From Microcoleaceae cyanobacterium (GTDB taxonomy: Bacteria; Cyanobacteriota; Cyanobacteriia; Cyanobacteriales; Microcoleaceae), in the NCBI GenBank assembly GCA_051652765.1, contig JBOFUV010000074.1, positions 1 to 64,000 on the forward strand: a stretch of DNA of 64,000 nucleotides. The letters run 5' to 3'. A model generated the notes under the pieces. The model searched no databases and was not told where the DNA came from. It worked only from the letters and a program-made list of their open reading frames with translations. A program made the position numbers and the translations under genes. Of the stretch, positions 1 through 10,078 are shown in pieces; the stretch's first letter is position 1; every line of letters starts with the position of its first letter.

Positions 1-2
1 CA

Positions 3-671
3 GAACTTGAAGACGCGGAAGTGCCTTCAACAGAAACTGAAGGCATCGAAACGTCTACAGCCGAGTTGACATCGGACGTTACAGAAGTTGCTGAACCTGA
101 AGTTAGTGAACCCAAGGTTCCTGAGGCAGTTGCCGAACCTGAAGTTAGTGAACCTGAAGTTAGTGAACCTGAAGCTCCTGAGGCAGTTAGTGAACCTGAA
201 GTTACTGAAATTGAAATTGGTGAACCTGAAGTTACCACAGTTGCTGAACCTGAACTCCCTGAAATTGAAGCACTGCCCGAACTCAAAACACCTGAAGTTT
301 CAGAATCTTTGACAACGACAGAGGTTCCTGAACCGACCGAAATCCCTACTGAACCTGAAGTGCCTGAAGTTTCAGAAATCTCTTTGAGGCCCAAGCTGAT
401 CAAGAAATCTGCCGGGAGCGAGTTATTAGGGGCGATCGCGAACCTGCAGGTTTCTGAATCCGCTGAAGACCTTGAAGCAACTGACTCACCCAAACCGATC
501 AAGTTTGTTGAAGTTCCTTCAGAACCTGAATCCAAGGCAACAGAGCCCTTGGTTGTTGAAAGATCGATTGAAGCTGTTGAACTACCTGCCGTTGAGATCA
601 CAGAGGAGGATTCAGAAACTCCCTCGAACCTTGAACCCCCTGAAGTTGCAGAAGCTTCTCCAGAGGCTTAG
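3..671 (+). CDS. C-terminal part of an acidic Glu/Pro-rich repetitive protein (5' end outside window)
   Basis: Frame is open from position 3. (E)PEVSE/PEVT repeats are encoded by GAACCTGAAGTTAGT-like 15-mers. Confidence 0.75.
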   Translation, partial: ELEDAEVPSTETEGIETSTAELTSDVTEVAEPEVSEPKVPEAVAEPEVSEPEVSEPEAPEAVSEPEVTEIEIGEPEVTTVAEPELPEIEALPELKTPEVSESLTTTEVPEPTEIPTEPEVPEVSEISLRPKLIKKSAGSELLGAIANLQVSESAEDLEATDSPKPIKFVEVPSEPESKATEPLVVERSIEAVELPAVEITEEDSETPSNLEPPEVAEASPEA

Positions 672-771
672 TTGTCTGCCAGTTTCCAACGAACGCTGCC
701 CGCTAAGAATACTATTCTAAGACTGTGAGTGGTTTGTCCCACTTGATGGGGGTTACATGGGTTGGTGTCGG

Positions 772-815
772 GCCAAAAAACCAACCATGCCTTCGAGCAT
801 GTTTGGTTTTTTGGC
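772..815. terminator. Long stem-loop between convergent genes, probable bidirectional terminator
   Basis: GCCAAAAAACCAA-C-CATGC/CTTCGA/GCATG-T-TTGGTTTTTTGGC inverted repeat. Confidence 0.65.
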
Positions 816-861
816 TCCTGGAACCTTGAGTGAAAAGCAGTGGTAAAAACAAATTGCCAAG

Positions 862-3800
862 CTAAGGTTTGGGCCAGGGAATGGTTGAATTTTCTGCAAG
901 ATGCTGAGACACTGCCGCAGCCCCTATCTGATTCAGGTGACTCGGGTCAGAAAAGTAAGTATAGGCATCCATCCACTGAAACGCCAAGTTCACAAAGGTA
1001 AAGTTTGTTGAGGCGGCGAGTTGCTCCATGGACTGTTGGAACTTGTCCTCATAGGCAACCCGAACCTCATCCAAGTAGTCATGGGTGAGGGGCATATTAA
1101 CAAATACTAAGCCAACATCGTGGGTTTGGGTGTACTGGGCCAATCGTCGCAGAGCATCCATTTGAATTCCGTCTAACTCAAATGATTGATAGTCACTGTC
1201 ATAGTAACCAGAAACCCGAGAGTGATTTTCGTAGTAGGTTACGGGGTCAAATTGAATTTCGAGTGGCAGAAAGCCATTGCGTTCAAGCCTAGGAGCCTCC
1301 TGGGTCACTTTGACCAATTCTTCTAGCTGGTCAGGTGCTTCAACAGACTGCTCTTGGACGAAAATTTTTTGCCTGACTAGGATTTGGAGGGTTTGCTTAA
1401 GGCGATCGCGCTGGGGATAGGCCATTGAAATCTCCGTCAATCTCTGATCCAGCCAGCCTTGCCCCAGACTCGATTTAGAGGATTGAGATGGATCTGACTG
1501 GGTCTGGGTCGCCTCAGGCTCAGATTCTAACAAAATTCTGAATTGTCCCTGAGCTAGTCGCTGATACCCTTCAGAGGTTGCAATAGTCTCATAGGTGCGA
1601 TCAGCCCGTCCTCCATTCAAGGCTCGCACCCCATCTGCAATAATCACCAGTTTTGGCAGTTGTTCTGGGGGAAGAATCCGGCTCAAAATCAAATCAACGA
1701 CCTGTAAGGTTGCGCCATTCACGCCAAAGTTAAAGACGCGAAGTTGATGTCCCTGACGAGCAAGAGCCTGTTCTAGCACCCTTGGATCAATGCCTCGCAA
1801 AGCTCGAGAACTGCCTAAAATCAAAATATCTGGTGGGCGCTTCTCCGTCGCCAAGTATTGTTGATAACGGATGAGTTGCTCGTCAAGCTGTTCACTGTCA
1901 AAGGTAGGGTAGGCAAGGTGATGCAAAGCTCCACTGACTGAGGCAGACGGGTCTGACATGCCAACAAACTCAGACGATTGAAATACCTCATCCCGTTCAG
2001 GAGGGGACGGTTGCGACTGGGGCAACACAGCTTGCAGAGGTGAGAACCTTGAAAGCACTTCATTCTCTGTCTTTGGAGTAGAGGTAGCTGGGGGATCTGT
2101 TCCTTCTATTGGACGGGTTTCAGCAGAAATTTGAGTCAACTGGGTCGGCTGTAACAGTTGACCCAAAATCAAGTCTGCTTGTAAAGCTAATAAACATCCC
2201 AATGCTCCCCAGACTAGGGCCAACCCAGTTTTCTGATACCGGCTAGGGGTTGAGGTTCCAACAGGAACTAGCCTGTCCTGACTGATGAACAACCGAGAGG
2301 CAATTAACCCCTGTTGCCATCTGTTGGACAGTTGTTCGATGCTTCGCTGCCATAGCGGCTCTACGGAGTGACCTTGAAAAGAGACTTCATCCTCCAAGAT
2401 CTCAGGACGCACTTCCGAATGGAGCATAAATTCATCCGCTGAGGGTGCCCCGTCCTCAACTTCAGGGATCGGTAGGGTTAGTTCAACTTGTCCAGATGCG
2501 ATCGCCAGACTAGAACTGAGTGTAAATCCATAGCGCCACAGAGGGTATTTCTGACCGGCGCGGCGACCATAAACCCGAATTTTTTCAAGACTGCCAATCG
2601 GCTGGTCATGCATTGCCTGAACAATGCGCGGAACAACTTTAGATTGAGAAGGGCAGGTAGGAGCCTCCGTCATGACATGGAGCACCTTACCCTTTTGCAG
2701 CAGCAAGACTCGGATACCTCCCGTGGCTAATTTTGTGGTCAGATCTGGGTTGATCAGGCGGCTCAAGATAAACTTCAGCGCTTCTACATTTCCTTGCTGA
2801 GCTAGAAATGCTGCACTGGGCTGCAAATCTGACCGCACTGAAGCTGGCAGGTTTAACCACTCAATCCACCCTGGAGCATCAGTGTACTCCGCGATTGCCT
2901 CAACACCATAGAGGGCTGCAGCATGAATTCCCTGAGGAGCAAGAGCCTCCAGCAGAGGAGCGATCTTATCTCGAACCTGCTGTTGATCAGGAACCGCATC
3001 TCCCCTGACCCGTTGACCTCTTTTTTTTCGCTGCTGTCCCCTCGCTCTACCCTGAGCAGGGCTGAACTGCGAGAATACATACAAGGTTGATTCTTTCAAG
3101 GTTGCTCGCACGCTCACGCCCATGACCATAAGCTGTTGGTTGAGCAGATGGGCGATCGCTTGTTCGTCTCCCCAACGAGCCCAGTCCTGCAAAATTTGGT
3201 CAGGGGGGGTTAAATCTACCCGCAGCATCCAATCTGGCTTGGACTCTCCCTGGACTTGTAGCAAAATCAGGGCATCCCGAATGGGGTGTTGATACAGACT
3301 CTCTAATTTGAGTTTCCGCAAATGTTCGGCAATGGGTTCAGCCAAAAGAGAAGGGTCTGGGCTGTAGACTGATTCACAAACGATCCAAAGCCTCTGAGGT
3401 TGAGCTTCAATATCCACCAAGGGAGCATCAAGGGTAGAGGAATCCCGAGATTGCCTTAGGGGTCGTAGGCCAACTTTAATCGTTACCCCTAAACTGCCTA
3501 AAATTTGACTGAGGGATTGAGCGATCGCCTCTGAAGTGGCTTTCTGAGTTGCTTTCGAGCTTGAGTCCTGAACACTAGGGGAGCGAGAGGCAGATCGGGT
3601 CTGAGGGGGTAGGGTTGGATTTCCTGGAACAGTCCGAGAAGTTCCTACAGGTGTTGAACTATCAGGCATTGAACTGTCGGCAGTTGGGGAACCAGAAGGC
3701 AACTGAGCAACCTGAGGCAGAGGATTAGTTGGGGCGATCAGGCTTGAGGCGTGAACTGAATGAGACACAACTGGGTTCTCAGCGGTCTTAACCTTGGGGA

Positions 3801-4455
3801 CTGTAGAGTCGTTCTGTTGAATGATTGAGGGCAACAGAGGCAGAGATCTAGGGGAAACGGCAGAAGCGGGGGCGTGAATGACTGGAATAGAATTAACCGG
3901 GCCAATGATAGATTCAGAGGTCGGTTGAGCGGTTGATAGAATGCCGTTGATCCTTGCCTGCTCCTGTTCCTCTGAGTCTAGAGCGAGAATGGCGTTCAGT
4001 TGGTTAGAGGAGCTGAGTTCTAGTAACGAACTCGCGGTTCCTAATCCAGAGGTCGAGGAAAATGTGGCAGTCGAGGCATCGTAACGCATCTTGACTGTCC
4101 ACTCAGGGCGCTTGGCTCCTTGACCTCGACCCGAAAGAAAAATCTTGTCAATCGATTGAGTTTTTGATCGGAGCAATGTTTCTAAGGGGGCGTGCTCCAA
4201 GGTATTGGACAACTTGGACACTGTGAGCTTTTCAGGTGGACAGGGAAATGCCTCGCACATGATATGCAAATCTGAGCCCCGCAGCTTGACCTGAACCTGA
4301 ATCCCCTCGAACTGAATCGCGCTCTCTATCCACTGAGTTAAGACTGACCAGTCCTGTGTTAACACGCTTTCACCCTGCTCCGCAGACCTATTACGAGAAA
4401 TTGGTATAAAAAGTCGGCTTTTAGCATTTCGCTTAACTTGCCCTTTGCCAACCAT
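862..4455 (-). CDS. Large cyanobacterial membrane-anchored protein with C-terminal DUF1574 (SGNH-like) domain
   Basis: 1197-aa ORF with a TM segment near aa 745-770. C-terminal motifs LILGSSRALRGIDP, FNFGVNGAT and FSDPSHLN are SGNH/DUF1574-like. Start uncertain. Confidence 0.75.
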   Translation of the reverse strand: MVGKGQVKRNAKSRLFIPISRNRSAEQGESVLTQDWSVLTQWIESAIQFEGIQVQVKLRGSDLHIMCEAFPCPPEKLTVSKLSNTLEHAPLETLLRSKTQSIDKIFLSGRGQGAKRPEWTVKMRYDASTATFSSTSGLGTASSLLELSSSNQLNAILALDSEEQEQARINGILSTAQPTSESIIGPVNSIPVIHAPASAVSPRSLPLLPSIIQQNDSTVPKVKTAENPVVSHSVHASSLIAPTNPLPQVAQLPSGSPTADSSMPDSSTPVGTSRTVPGNPTLPPQTRSASRSPSVQDSSSKATQKATSEAIAQSLSQILGSLGVTIKVGLRPLRQSRDSSTLDAPLVDIEAQPQRLWIVCESVYSPDPSLLAEPIAEHLRKLKLESLYQHPIRDALILLQVQGESKPDWMLRVDLTPPDQILQDWARWGDEQAIAHLLNQQLMVMGVSVRATLKESTLYVFSQFSPAQGRARGQQRKKRGQRVRGDAVPDQQQVRDKIAPLLEALAPQGIHAAALYGVEAIAEYTDAPGWIEWLNLPASVRSDLQPSAAFLAQQGNVEALKFILSRLINPDLTTKLATGGIRVLLLQKGKVLHVMTEAPTCPSQSKVVPRIVQAMHDQPIGSLEKIRVYGRRAGQKYPLWRYGFTLSSSLAIASGQVELTLPIPEVEDGAPSADEFMLHSEVRPEILEDEVSFQGHSVEPLWQRSIEQLSNRWQQGLIASRLFISQDRLVPVGTSTPSRYQKTGLALVWGALGCLLALQADLILGQLLQPTQLTQISAETRPIEGTDPPATSTPKTENEVLSRFSPLQAVLPQSQPSPPERDEVFQSSEFVGMSDPSASVSGALHHLAYPTFDSEQLDEQLIRYQQYLATEKRPPDILILGSSRALRGIDPRVLEQALARQGHQLRVFNFGVNGATLQVVDLILSRILPPEQLPKLVIIADGVRALNGGRADRTYETIATSEGYQRLAQGQFRILLESEPEATQTQSDPSQSSKSSLGQGWLDQRLTEISMAYPQRDRLKQTLQILVRQKIFVQEQSVEAPDQLEELVKVTQEAPRLERNGFLPLEIQFDPVTYYENHSRVSGYYDSDYQSFELDGIQMDALRRLAQYTQTHDVGLVFVNMPLTHDYLDEVRVAYEDKFQQSMEQLAASTNFTFVNLAFQWMDAYTYFSDPSHLNQIGAAAVSQHLAENSTIPWPKP

Positions 4456-4508
4456 CTACTTTTTCGACTATATTTTGGCATAGTTAGGACAGAGTTGAAA
4501 AAATCTAG

Positions 4509-4742
4509 ATGCAGTCTTCTCCAGATCCGTTCTCCGAGTCTCAAGCTTCTCACCCTGCTTCAGGTAAGATTTCGTCGAATCTACTCTTGGGCATGGCTAC
4601 AGCTCCTGTGATTTGCTTCCTGACTGGAGGCAAGCTTTTAGGTGAGTTGTTGATTGGAATCAGTCAGAGTAGTGAGGAAATTTTTCGGGGCGATCGCCTG
4701 CCCTTGCTGCACTTTCCCCAGGCCACTTTTGAGGAAGATTGA
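4509..4742 (+). CDS. Small conserved cyanobacterial hypothetical protein
   Basis: 77 aa ending in SEEIFRGDRLPLLHFP, a motif of a common small cyanobacterial family. Divergent from the DUF1574 gene. Confidence 0.65.
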   Translation: MQSSPDPFSESQASHPASGKISSNLLLGMATAPVICFLTGGKLLGELLIGISQSSEEIFRGDRLPLLHFPQATFEED

Positions 4743-5016
4743 CCTGTTTAAGGTAACAGATCAAATAGTTGATACAGCGATCCTAAATCAATCATGGGCA
4801 AACCATAGAGGGGTTTGGGGACTTGTTCCTAAGAGGCAACGCTCCACCCCCTTTTCGCAAATCATTTAGCATTGTCACAGTTTGTCACTCATAGTTTGTC
4901 AAACGTAGGGTGTGTTGTGTCGGTAGTGTCAAGCTTGCCAGCCCCAACACTCTCAAGCTGAAACTCTCAAGGGCTGGTTGGGTTTCCTAGGGTTCAGCCA
5001 ACCTACAAAACTGCTT

Positions 5017-5108
5017 GATGAACTCTGTAGATGAACTTTGTAGATGAACTTTGTAGATGAATCTTATCGGTCAGTTTTATCAGTCAATCTTATCGGTCAG
5101 TTTTGTCT
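5017..5108. repeat. 13-bp short tandem repeats upstream of ppc
   Basis: GATGAACT(C/T)TGTA x3, then A(A/G)T(C/T)TTATC(G/A)GTC x3-4. Confidence 0.8.
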
Positions 5109-5327
5109 AGACAAATCACTAGTGAGACCCCTGTTGTTCCTGTCTATGTTGATTGGAGTCGTTGCCTAGACCTAATGTCATGAAATGCTTAACTTTCCCT
5201 CAGGATTCTTATGTCTGAAGGAAGGTTGCTTGGCTTTTCTGGGGAATTAAGCCATACAATTAGGTTAGATTAATGGCGAGTTAAGTTAATTCGCTTCTAG
5301 AGATATTGCTAACGAGGAACAGGCCCT

Positions 5328-8300
5328 ATGAGTTCATTGCTTCAGTCCTCAGATCCCTTATTCAATACTGCTACTCTTAAACAAAATCAATCCAAAAGCG
5401 CCGCTACAAAAACTTCCGAATTATTTTTGCGGAATCGTCTCAAAATTGTTGAGGATTTGTGGGAATCCGTTCTGCGGCAAGAATGCGGTCAGGAATTAGT
5501 AGATTTGCTGCAAAAAATGCAGTCCATGACCTCCCCAGAGGGACAAGCTTCTCACTTTCAAGAGTCCAATGTACTGGAGTTAATCGAGCAACTGGATATT
5601 AACTCTGCGATTCGGACAGCCCGTGCCTTCGCGCTTTATTTTCAGTTGATCAACCTGGTTGAACAGCACTACGACCAACAAGAGCAGCAAAAAATTTATG
5701 CCTCTGTGCGCTCAGCCGGGGAATCTGTAGATCTCTATTCCAGCAACTCAGATTCTTTCTTTGAAACTCGTAATCGACGGTTTTCTGATGCTCAAGAATC
5801 TCCTGTCTCCCAGCCTAATCCTTCTGCCGTTACAGATGAGCGGGAGTTGGCAACGTTTTATCATTTGTTCGCGGTGCTCTATCGCCTGAACGTGCCTGCT
5901 CAAGTGATTCAAAGATTGCTAAACAACTTGGATGTTCGCTTGGTGTTTACCGCCCATCCGACTGAAATTGTGCGGCACACAATCCGAACCAAGCAGCGTC
6001 GAATTGCCAAAATTCTCCAAAAACTGGATCAAGTGGATGAACAATACGGCAAGCTTCTGCCAGAGGGATCTGAAGACGCTCCTGTGATTTCGTCTTGGGC
6101 CACAGAGTTAAAGGAACAATTGACTGAAGAAATTCGGCTCTGGTGGCACACCGATGAGCTGCATCAGTTTAAGCCTTCCGTGTTGGACGAAGTGGAGTAC
6201 ACCTTGCACTACTTTCAAGAAGTGTTGTTTGATGTGATCCCCCAACTGTACCAACAGATCAAGCAGGCTTTAAACCATTCCTTTCCCAATCTGCAACCGC
6301 CGAGCTACGACTTTTGTAAGTTTGGTTCCTGGGTTGGGGCAGATCGGGATGGCAATCCCTCAGTCACACCCGAGGTGACTTGGCAGACTGCCTGTTACCA
6401 ACGTCAAATGGTCTTGAGCAAGTACATTCAGGCCGTTGAGAAGCTGAGTGAAGTGTTGAGTTTGTCCCTGCACTGGAGTGATGTCCTCCCGGAATTGTTG
6501 GAGTCTCTGGATCGAGACCAGGTACAGTTGCCTGAAGTCTATGACAAAGTTGCAATTCGCTATCGTCAGGAACCCTATCGCCTGAAGTTGTCCTATGTTC
6601 AGAAACGCCTGGAAAATACCCGCGATCGCAACTGGCGGCTCTACAACAGCACCGAACCGAACCGAGGGCGGGAAGTCTTGGTGACCAAAGACAAGGTGGG
6701 CAACCTTTACTATTCTGGGGATGACTTTCTAGCGGAGTTAAAGCTGATCGAGCACAACTTGCAGGAAACTGGCATTAGTTCCCGTGACTTGGAGAACTTA
6801 ATTTGCCAGGTGAAAATCTATGGGTTTAGCTTGGCGCGGTTGGATATGCGGCAGGAGTCCTCGATTCATTCCAATGCTCTGACTGAAGTGGCAGAATATT
6901 TACAAATTTTGCCCAAACCCTATAACGAGCTGACCGAATCTGAACGGACAATCTGGTTGGCAACTGAGCTACAGACTCGTCGCCCCTTGATTCCGGCAGA
7001 ATTGCCCTTCTCTGAGAAAACCTGCGAAACTATCAGCACGTTCCGAGTCATGCGGGAACTGCAACAGGAGTTTGGCCCAGAAATTTGCCAGACCTATGTT
7101 ATCAGCATGAGTAATGAAGCCAGTGATGTTTTAGAGGTGTTGCTGTTGGCCAAGGAAGCTGGACTGTACGATCCGGCCACGGGCATTGGGAACTTGCAAG
7201 TTGTGCCCCTGTTTGAAACGGTGAATGACTTAAAACGGGCACCTGATGTCATGGGGGTGTTGTTTGAGTTGCCGCTCTATCGTGCCCTGCTAGCTGGGGG
7301 CTATGAGTTATGGACGCAGGAACAAGAACTCAACCATGGGCAGAATGCCCAGACCTTGACTGCTCAACTCCACAATCCATCTCTCCAGGAAATCATGTTG
7401 GGATATTCTGACAGCAACAAAGATTCTGGCTTCCTGAGTAGCAACTGGGAAATTCACAAAGCCCAGAAATCCCTCCAAACTGTTGCCGAGGCCCATAACG
7501 TTAGCCTACGGATTTTCCACGGGCGGGGAGGTTCTGTAGGACGGGGCGGAGGGCCAGCCTACAAAGCGATTCTGGCGCAACCGGGCAAAAGTATTAACGG
7601 TCGAATCAAGATTACGGAACAGGGAGAGGTGCTTGCCTCCAAGTATTCCATGCCTCAACTTGCTCTGTACAATCTAGAAAGTGTTACAACAGCGGTGATT
7701 CAGGCCAGTTTGCTCAATCAAGGCTTCGATGCAATTGAACCCTGGAATGAAATTATGGAAGAGTTGGCAACACGTGCTAGGACTCACTACCGAGCATTAG
7801 TCTATGACCAACCTGACTTAGCTGAATTTTTCCATGAAGTTACTCCCATTCAGGAAATTAGCCAACTGCAGATTAGTTCTCGTCCAGCCCGCAGAAAAGG
7901 AGACAAGCGCAAGGACATCGCTGGATTGCGGGCGATTCCCTGGGTATTTAGTTGGACACAAAGTCGGTTTTTGTTGCCCTCTTGGTATGGGGTTGGGACT
8001 GCATTGCAGGGGTTTGTGACAGAAAAACCCCAAGAACATTTGAAGCTGCTGCGCTATTTCTATCTCAAGTGGTCGTTCTTCCGTACCACAATTTCTCGGG
8101 TAGAAATGACCCTAGCAAAGGTTGACTTGCAAATTGCCTATCATTACATGCGAGAACTCAGTAGTCCTCAGAATCGAGAGCGATTTGAAGCCTTGTTCGA
8201 ACAGATTGCGGAGGAATTCCATTTGACACGTCAGCTCGTCTTACAAATCACCGAACAAGAAAACTTGCTAGACAATGATCCGCCCCTACAACGTTCGGTG

Positions 8301-8486
8301 CAACTGCGAAACGGAACCATTATTCCCTTGGGATTCTTACAAGTAGCCCTCTTAAAGCGACTCCGACAACATGGAGCATCGGCTGCTCCTGGAGTGATTC
8401 AGTCTCGGTACAGCAAAGGTGAACTCCTGCGGGGAGCCCTGTTAACCATCAATGGCATTGCTGCCGGAATGCGAAACACAGGCTGA
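5328..8486 (+). CDS. ppc: Phosphoenolpyruvate carboxylase
   Basis: [46 protein letters not shown] and C-terminal MRNTG motifs. Confidence 0.98.
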   Translation: MSSLLQSSDPLFNTATLKQNQSKSAATKTSELFLRNRLKIVEDLWESVLRQECGQELVDLLQKMQSMTSPEGQASHFQESNVLELIEQLDINSAIRTARAFALYFQLINLVEQHYDQQEQQKIYASVRSAGESVDLYSSNSDSFFETRNRRFSDAQESPVSQPNPSAVTDERELATFYHLFAVLYRLNVPAQVIQRLLNNLDVRLVFTAHPTEIVRHTIRTKQRRIAKILQKLDQVDEQYGKLLPEGSEDAPVISSWATELKEQLTEEIRLWWHTDELHQFKPSVLDEVEYTLHYFQEVLFDVIPQLYQQIKQALNHSFPNLQPPSYDFCKFGSWVGADRDGNPSVTPEVTWQTACYQRQMVLSKYIQAVEKLSEVLSLSLHWSDVLPELLESLDRDQVQLPEVYDKVAIRYRQEPYRLKLSYVQKRLENTRDRNWRLYNSTEPNRGREVLVTKDKVGNLYYSGDDFLAELKLIEHNLQETGISSRDLENLICQVKIYGFSLARLDMRQESSIHSNALTEVAEYLQILPKPYNELTESERTIWLATELQTRRPLIPAELPFSEKTCETISTFRVMRELQQEFGPEICQTYVISMSNEASDVLEVLLLAKEAGLYDPATGIGNLQVVPLFETVNDLKRAPDVMGVLFELPLYRALLAGGYELWTQEQELNHGQNAQTLTAQLHNPSLQEIMLGYSDSNKDSGFLSSNWEIHKAQKSLQTVAEAHNVSLRIFHGRGGSVGRGGGPAYKAILAQPGKSINGRIKITEQGEVLASKYSMPQLALYNLESVTTAVIQASLLNQGFDAIEPWNEIMEELATRARTHYRALVYDQPDLAEFFHEVTPIQEISQLQISSRPARRKGDKRKDIAGLRAIPWVFSWTQSRFLLPSWYGVGTALQGFVTEKPQEHLKLLRYFYLKWSFFRTTISRVEMTLAKVDLQIAYHYMRELSSPQNRERFEALFEQIAEEFHLTRQLVLQITEQENLLDNDPPLQRSVQLRNGTIIPLGFLQVALLKRLRQHGASAAPGVIQSRYSKGELLRGALLTINGIAAGMRNTG

Positions 8487-8742
8487 TTTAGGTGAGAACC
8501 AACTGTTTAGACAATAGACCCTGATCTGATTCAATCCTGAATCAGGTTAGATGTTTTGTTATTGCTGTTTTCCTTGCTAGCGTTAACAAAACATGTTATT
8601 CATGAAGAGGTGAAAAACCAAGGTTCTTTGACACCCAAGGTCAAAGCATATTCAGTTGGAATGACACAATTGAAATTGTACAATCGGGGTAATAGTACTT
8701 TAAAAACCTGTGCTAGCTAGGTTAACTTGACGAGTTTTATTC

Positions 8743-9372
8743 ATGGCTGCAAAACTTTTTCCACTGAATATTCCAGGGGGTTGGGCAGTAATCCGCAACG
8801 GCTTTACGGATGAAGATCCAGTCATACAAAACGGCTGGATTGTGAATTCCCCTGCCTACAGTGAGGACTTACTTTTAATTCATTCCTTGTCTCTTGAAGC
8901 AGCAACTTGGGTCGTTAATCCCCAAGGATATTGGATTCATCTCGGTTGGTATCCTCACGGGAATCCTCAAGGCCATTATCAACTGACGTTGGGACAAGGA
9001 AACAATACTACTCCACAGGTTCAGTATGAATCTCAACAGCGGGAGTCCATCGGCAAAGTGATTGAAACCTGTTTTAACTTGATTCATCAGGGGAACTCAG
9101 GGCAGTTTATTCAACAGCATCTCGAAGCAAATACTCAAGCCCTCGAGCATAATCCTCGCCTTTTTTCAGGGACTCGCAAAGTACTGATCAGACACCCTGT
9201 AGATAAAAAAAATCGCCTAACGTATAGTCAGGTCAGCCTATGGTCTCCCTTCTACTACGAGGTAGCAAACTTGGTTTATAGTCCTCAGAAGCCGAATCAG
9301 GCAACCTACAATGGATTTGTTCCTGAAAATATTGTTTCTGAAACTATTGTTTCAGAAAATATCAAGTTGTAA
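8743..9372 (+). CDS. Hypothetical protein
   Basis: 209-aa ATG ORF. N-terminal ~125 aa look globular (PGGWAVIRNGF, EDLLLI, IHLGWYP). Confidence 0.6.
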   Translation: MAAKLFPLNIPGGWAVIRNGFTDEDPVIQNGWIVNSPAYSEDLLLIHSLSLEAATWVVNPQGYWIHLGWYPHGNPQGHYQLTLGQGNNTTPQVQYESQQRESIGKVIETCFNLIHQGNSGQFIQQHLEANTQALEHNPRLFSGTRKVLIRHPVDKKNRLTYSQVSLWSPFYYEVANLVYSPQKPNQATYNGFVPENIVSETIVSENIKL

Positions 9373-9378
9373 GGAATA

Positions 9379-9476
9379 TCGCAATCTGATTTGAAGCGTG
9401 AATGTGGAGTGAGTCTCTTGCCCGCGCAGGTTAAAAGTTTGCACCACAGACTTTTATAAATCATTGCTGATTGCTA
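9379..9476. repeat. Dispersed MITE/REP-like element, copy 1
   Basis: Ends (TC)GCAATC...GATTGCTA. 5' part GCAATCTGATTTGAAGCGTGAATGTGGA is nearly identical to 43153-43179. Confidence 0.6.
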
Positions 9477-9554
9477 TCAATCCGAGAAATAGATCTGTGC
9501 TCGAGAGCATACTTGAAGAAACTTATTGATTACTGATGAGTGAGGAGATCAACC

Positions 9555-10061
9555 ATGGTTGCAGCCCAACAAAATCAAGACATGAACCCTGAAACTGAGA
9601 TCGCAGATGACCGTCCCTTGTTTGAGACCTTAGTTGAATTTTTAGACGAGGACGGCTGGGTCTATAAAGAAATTGAGCATCGACAAGTTTTAGTCCTAGG
9701 AATTGAGGGAAATAACGGTCGATTTGATTGTTATGTCGTTGCCCGTGAGGCCGAAAAGCAAGTTACAGTTTATTCGGTTTTTCCAGTCCGAGTTCCGGAT
9801 CAGAAGCGCCATACTGTTTCTACCTTTTTGATGATGGTCAACTATGGCATGATTATTGGCAATTTTGAACTGAATTTTTATGACGGTGAAATTCGTTATA
9901 AAACCAGCTTAGATGTGGAGGGCGATCACCTCACCTCTGCTTTGACAAAGCATCTAATCTATACCAATGTGACAACAATGGATAAATATCTGCCGGGGAT
10001 CATGTCTGTAATTTACGGCAACTTGTCAGCAGAGGAGGCCATCTCTAGAATCGATCAGTAG
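9555..10061 (+). CDS. YbjN domain-containing protein
   Basis: ATG at 9555 after AGGAG. NYGMIIGNFELNFYDGEIRYKTSLD is typical of the YbjN/T3SS-chaperone-like family. Confidence 0.85.
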   Translation: MVAAQQNQDMNPETEIADDRPLFETLVEFLDEDGWVYKEIEHRQVLVLGIEGNNGRFDCYVVAREAEKQVTVYSVFPVRVPDQKRHTVSTFLMMVNYGMIIGNFELNFYDGEIRYKTSLDVEGDHLTSALTKHLIYTNVTTMDKYLPGIMSVIYGNLSAEEAISRIDQ

Positions 10062-10078
10062 TTCAGTCAGTAGCTCAG

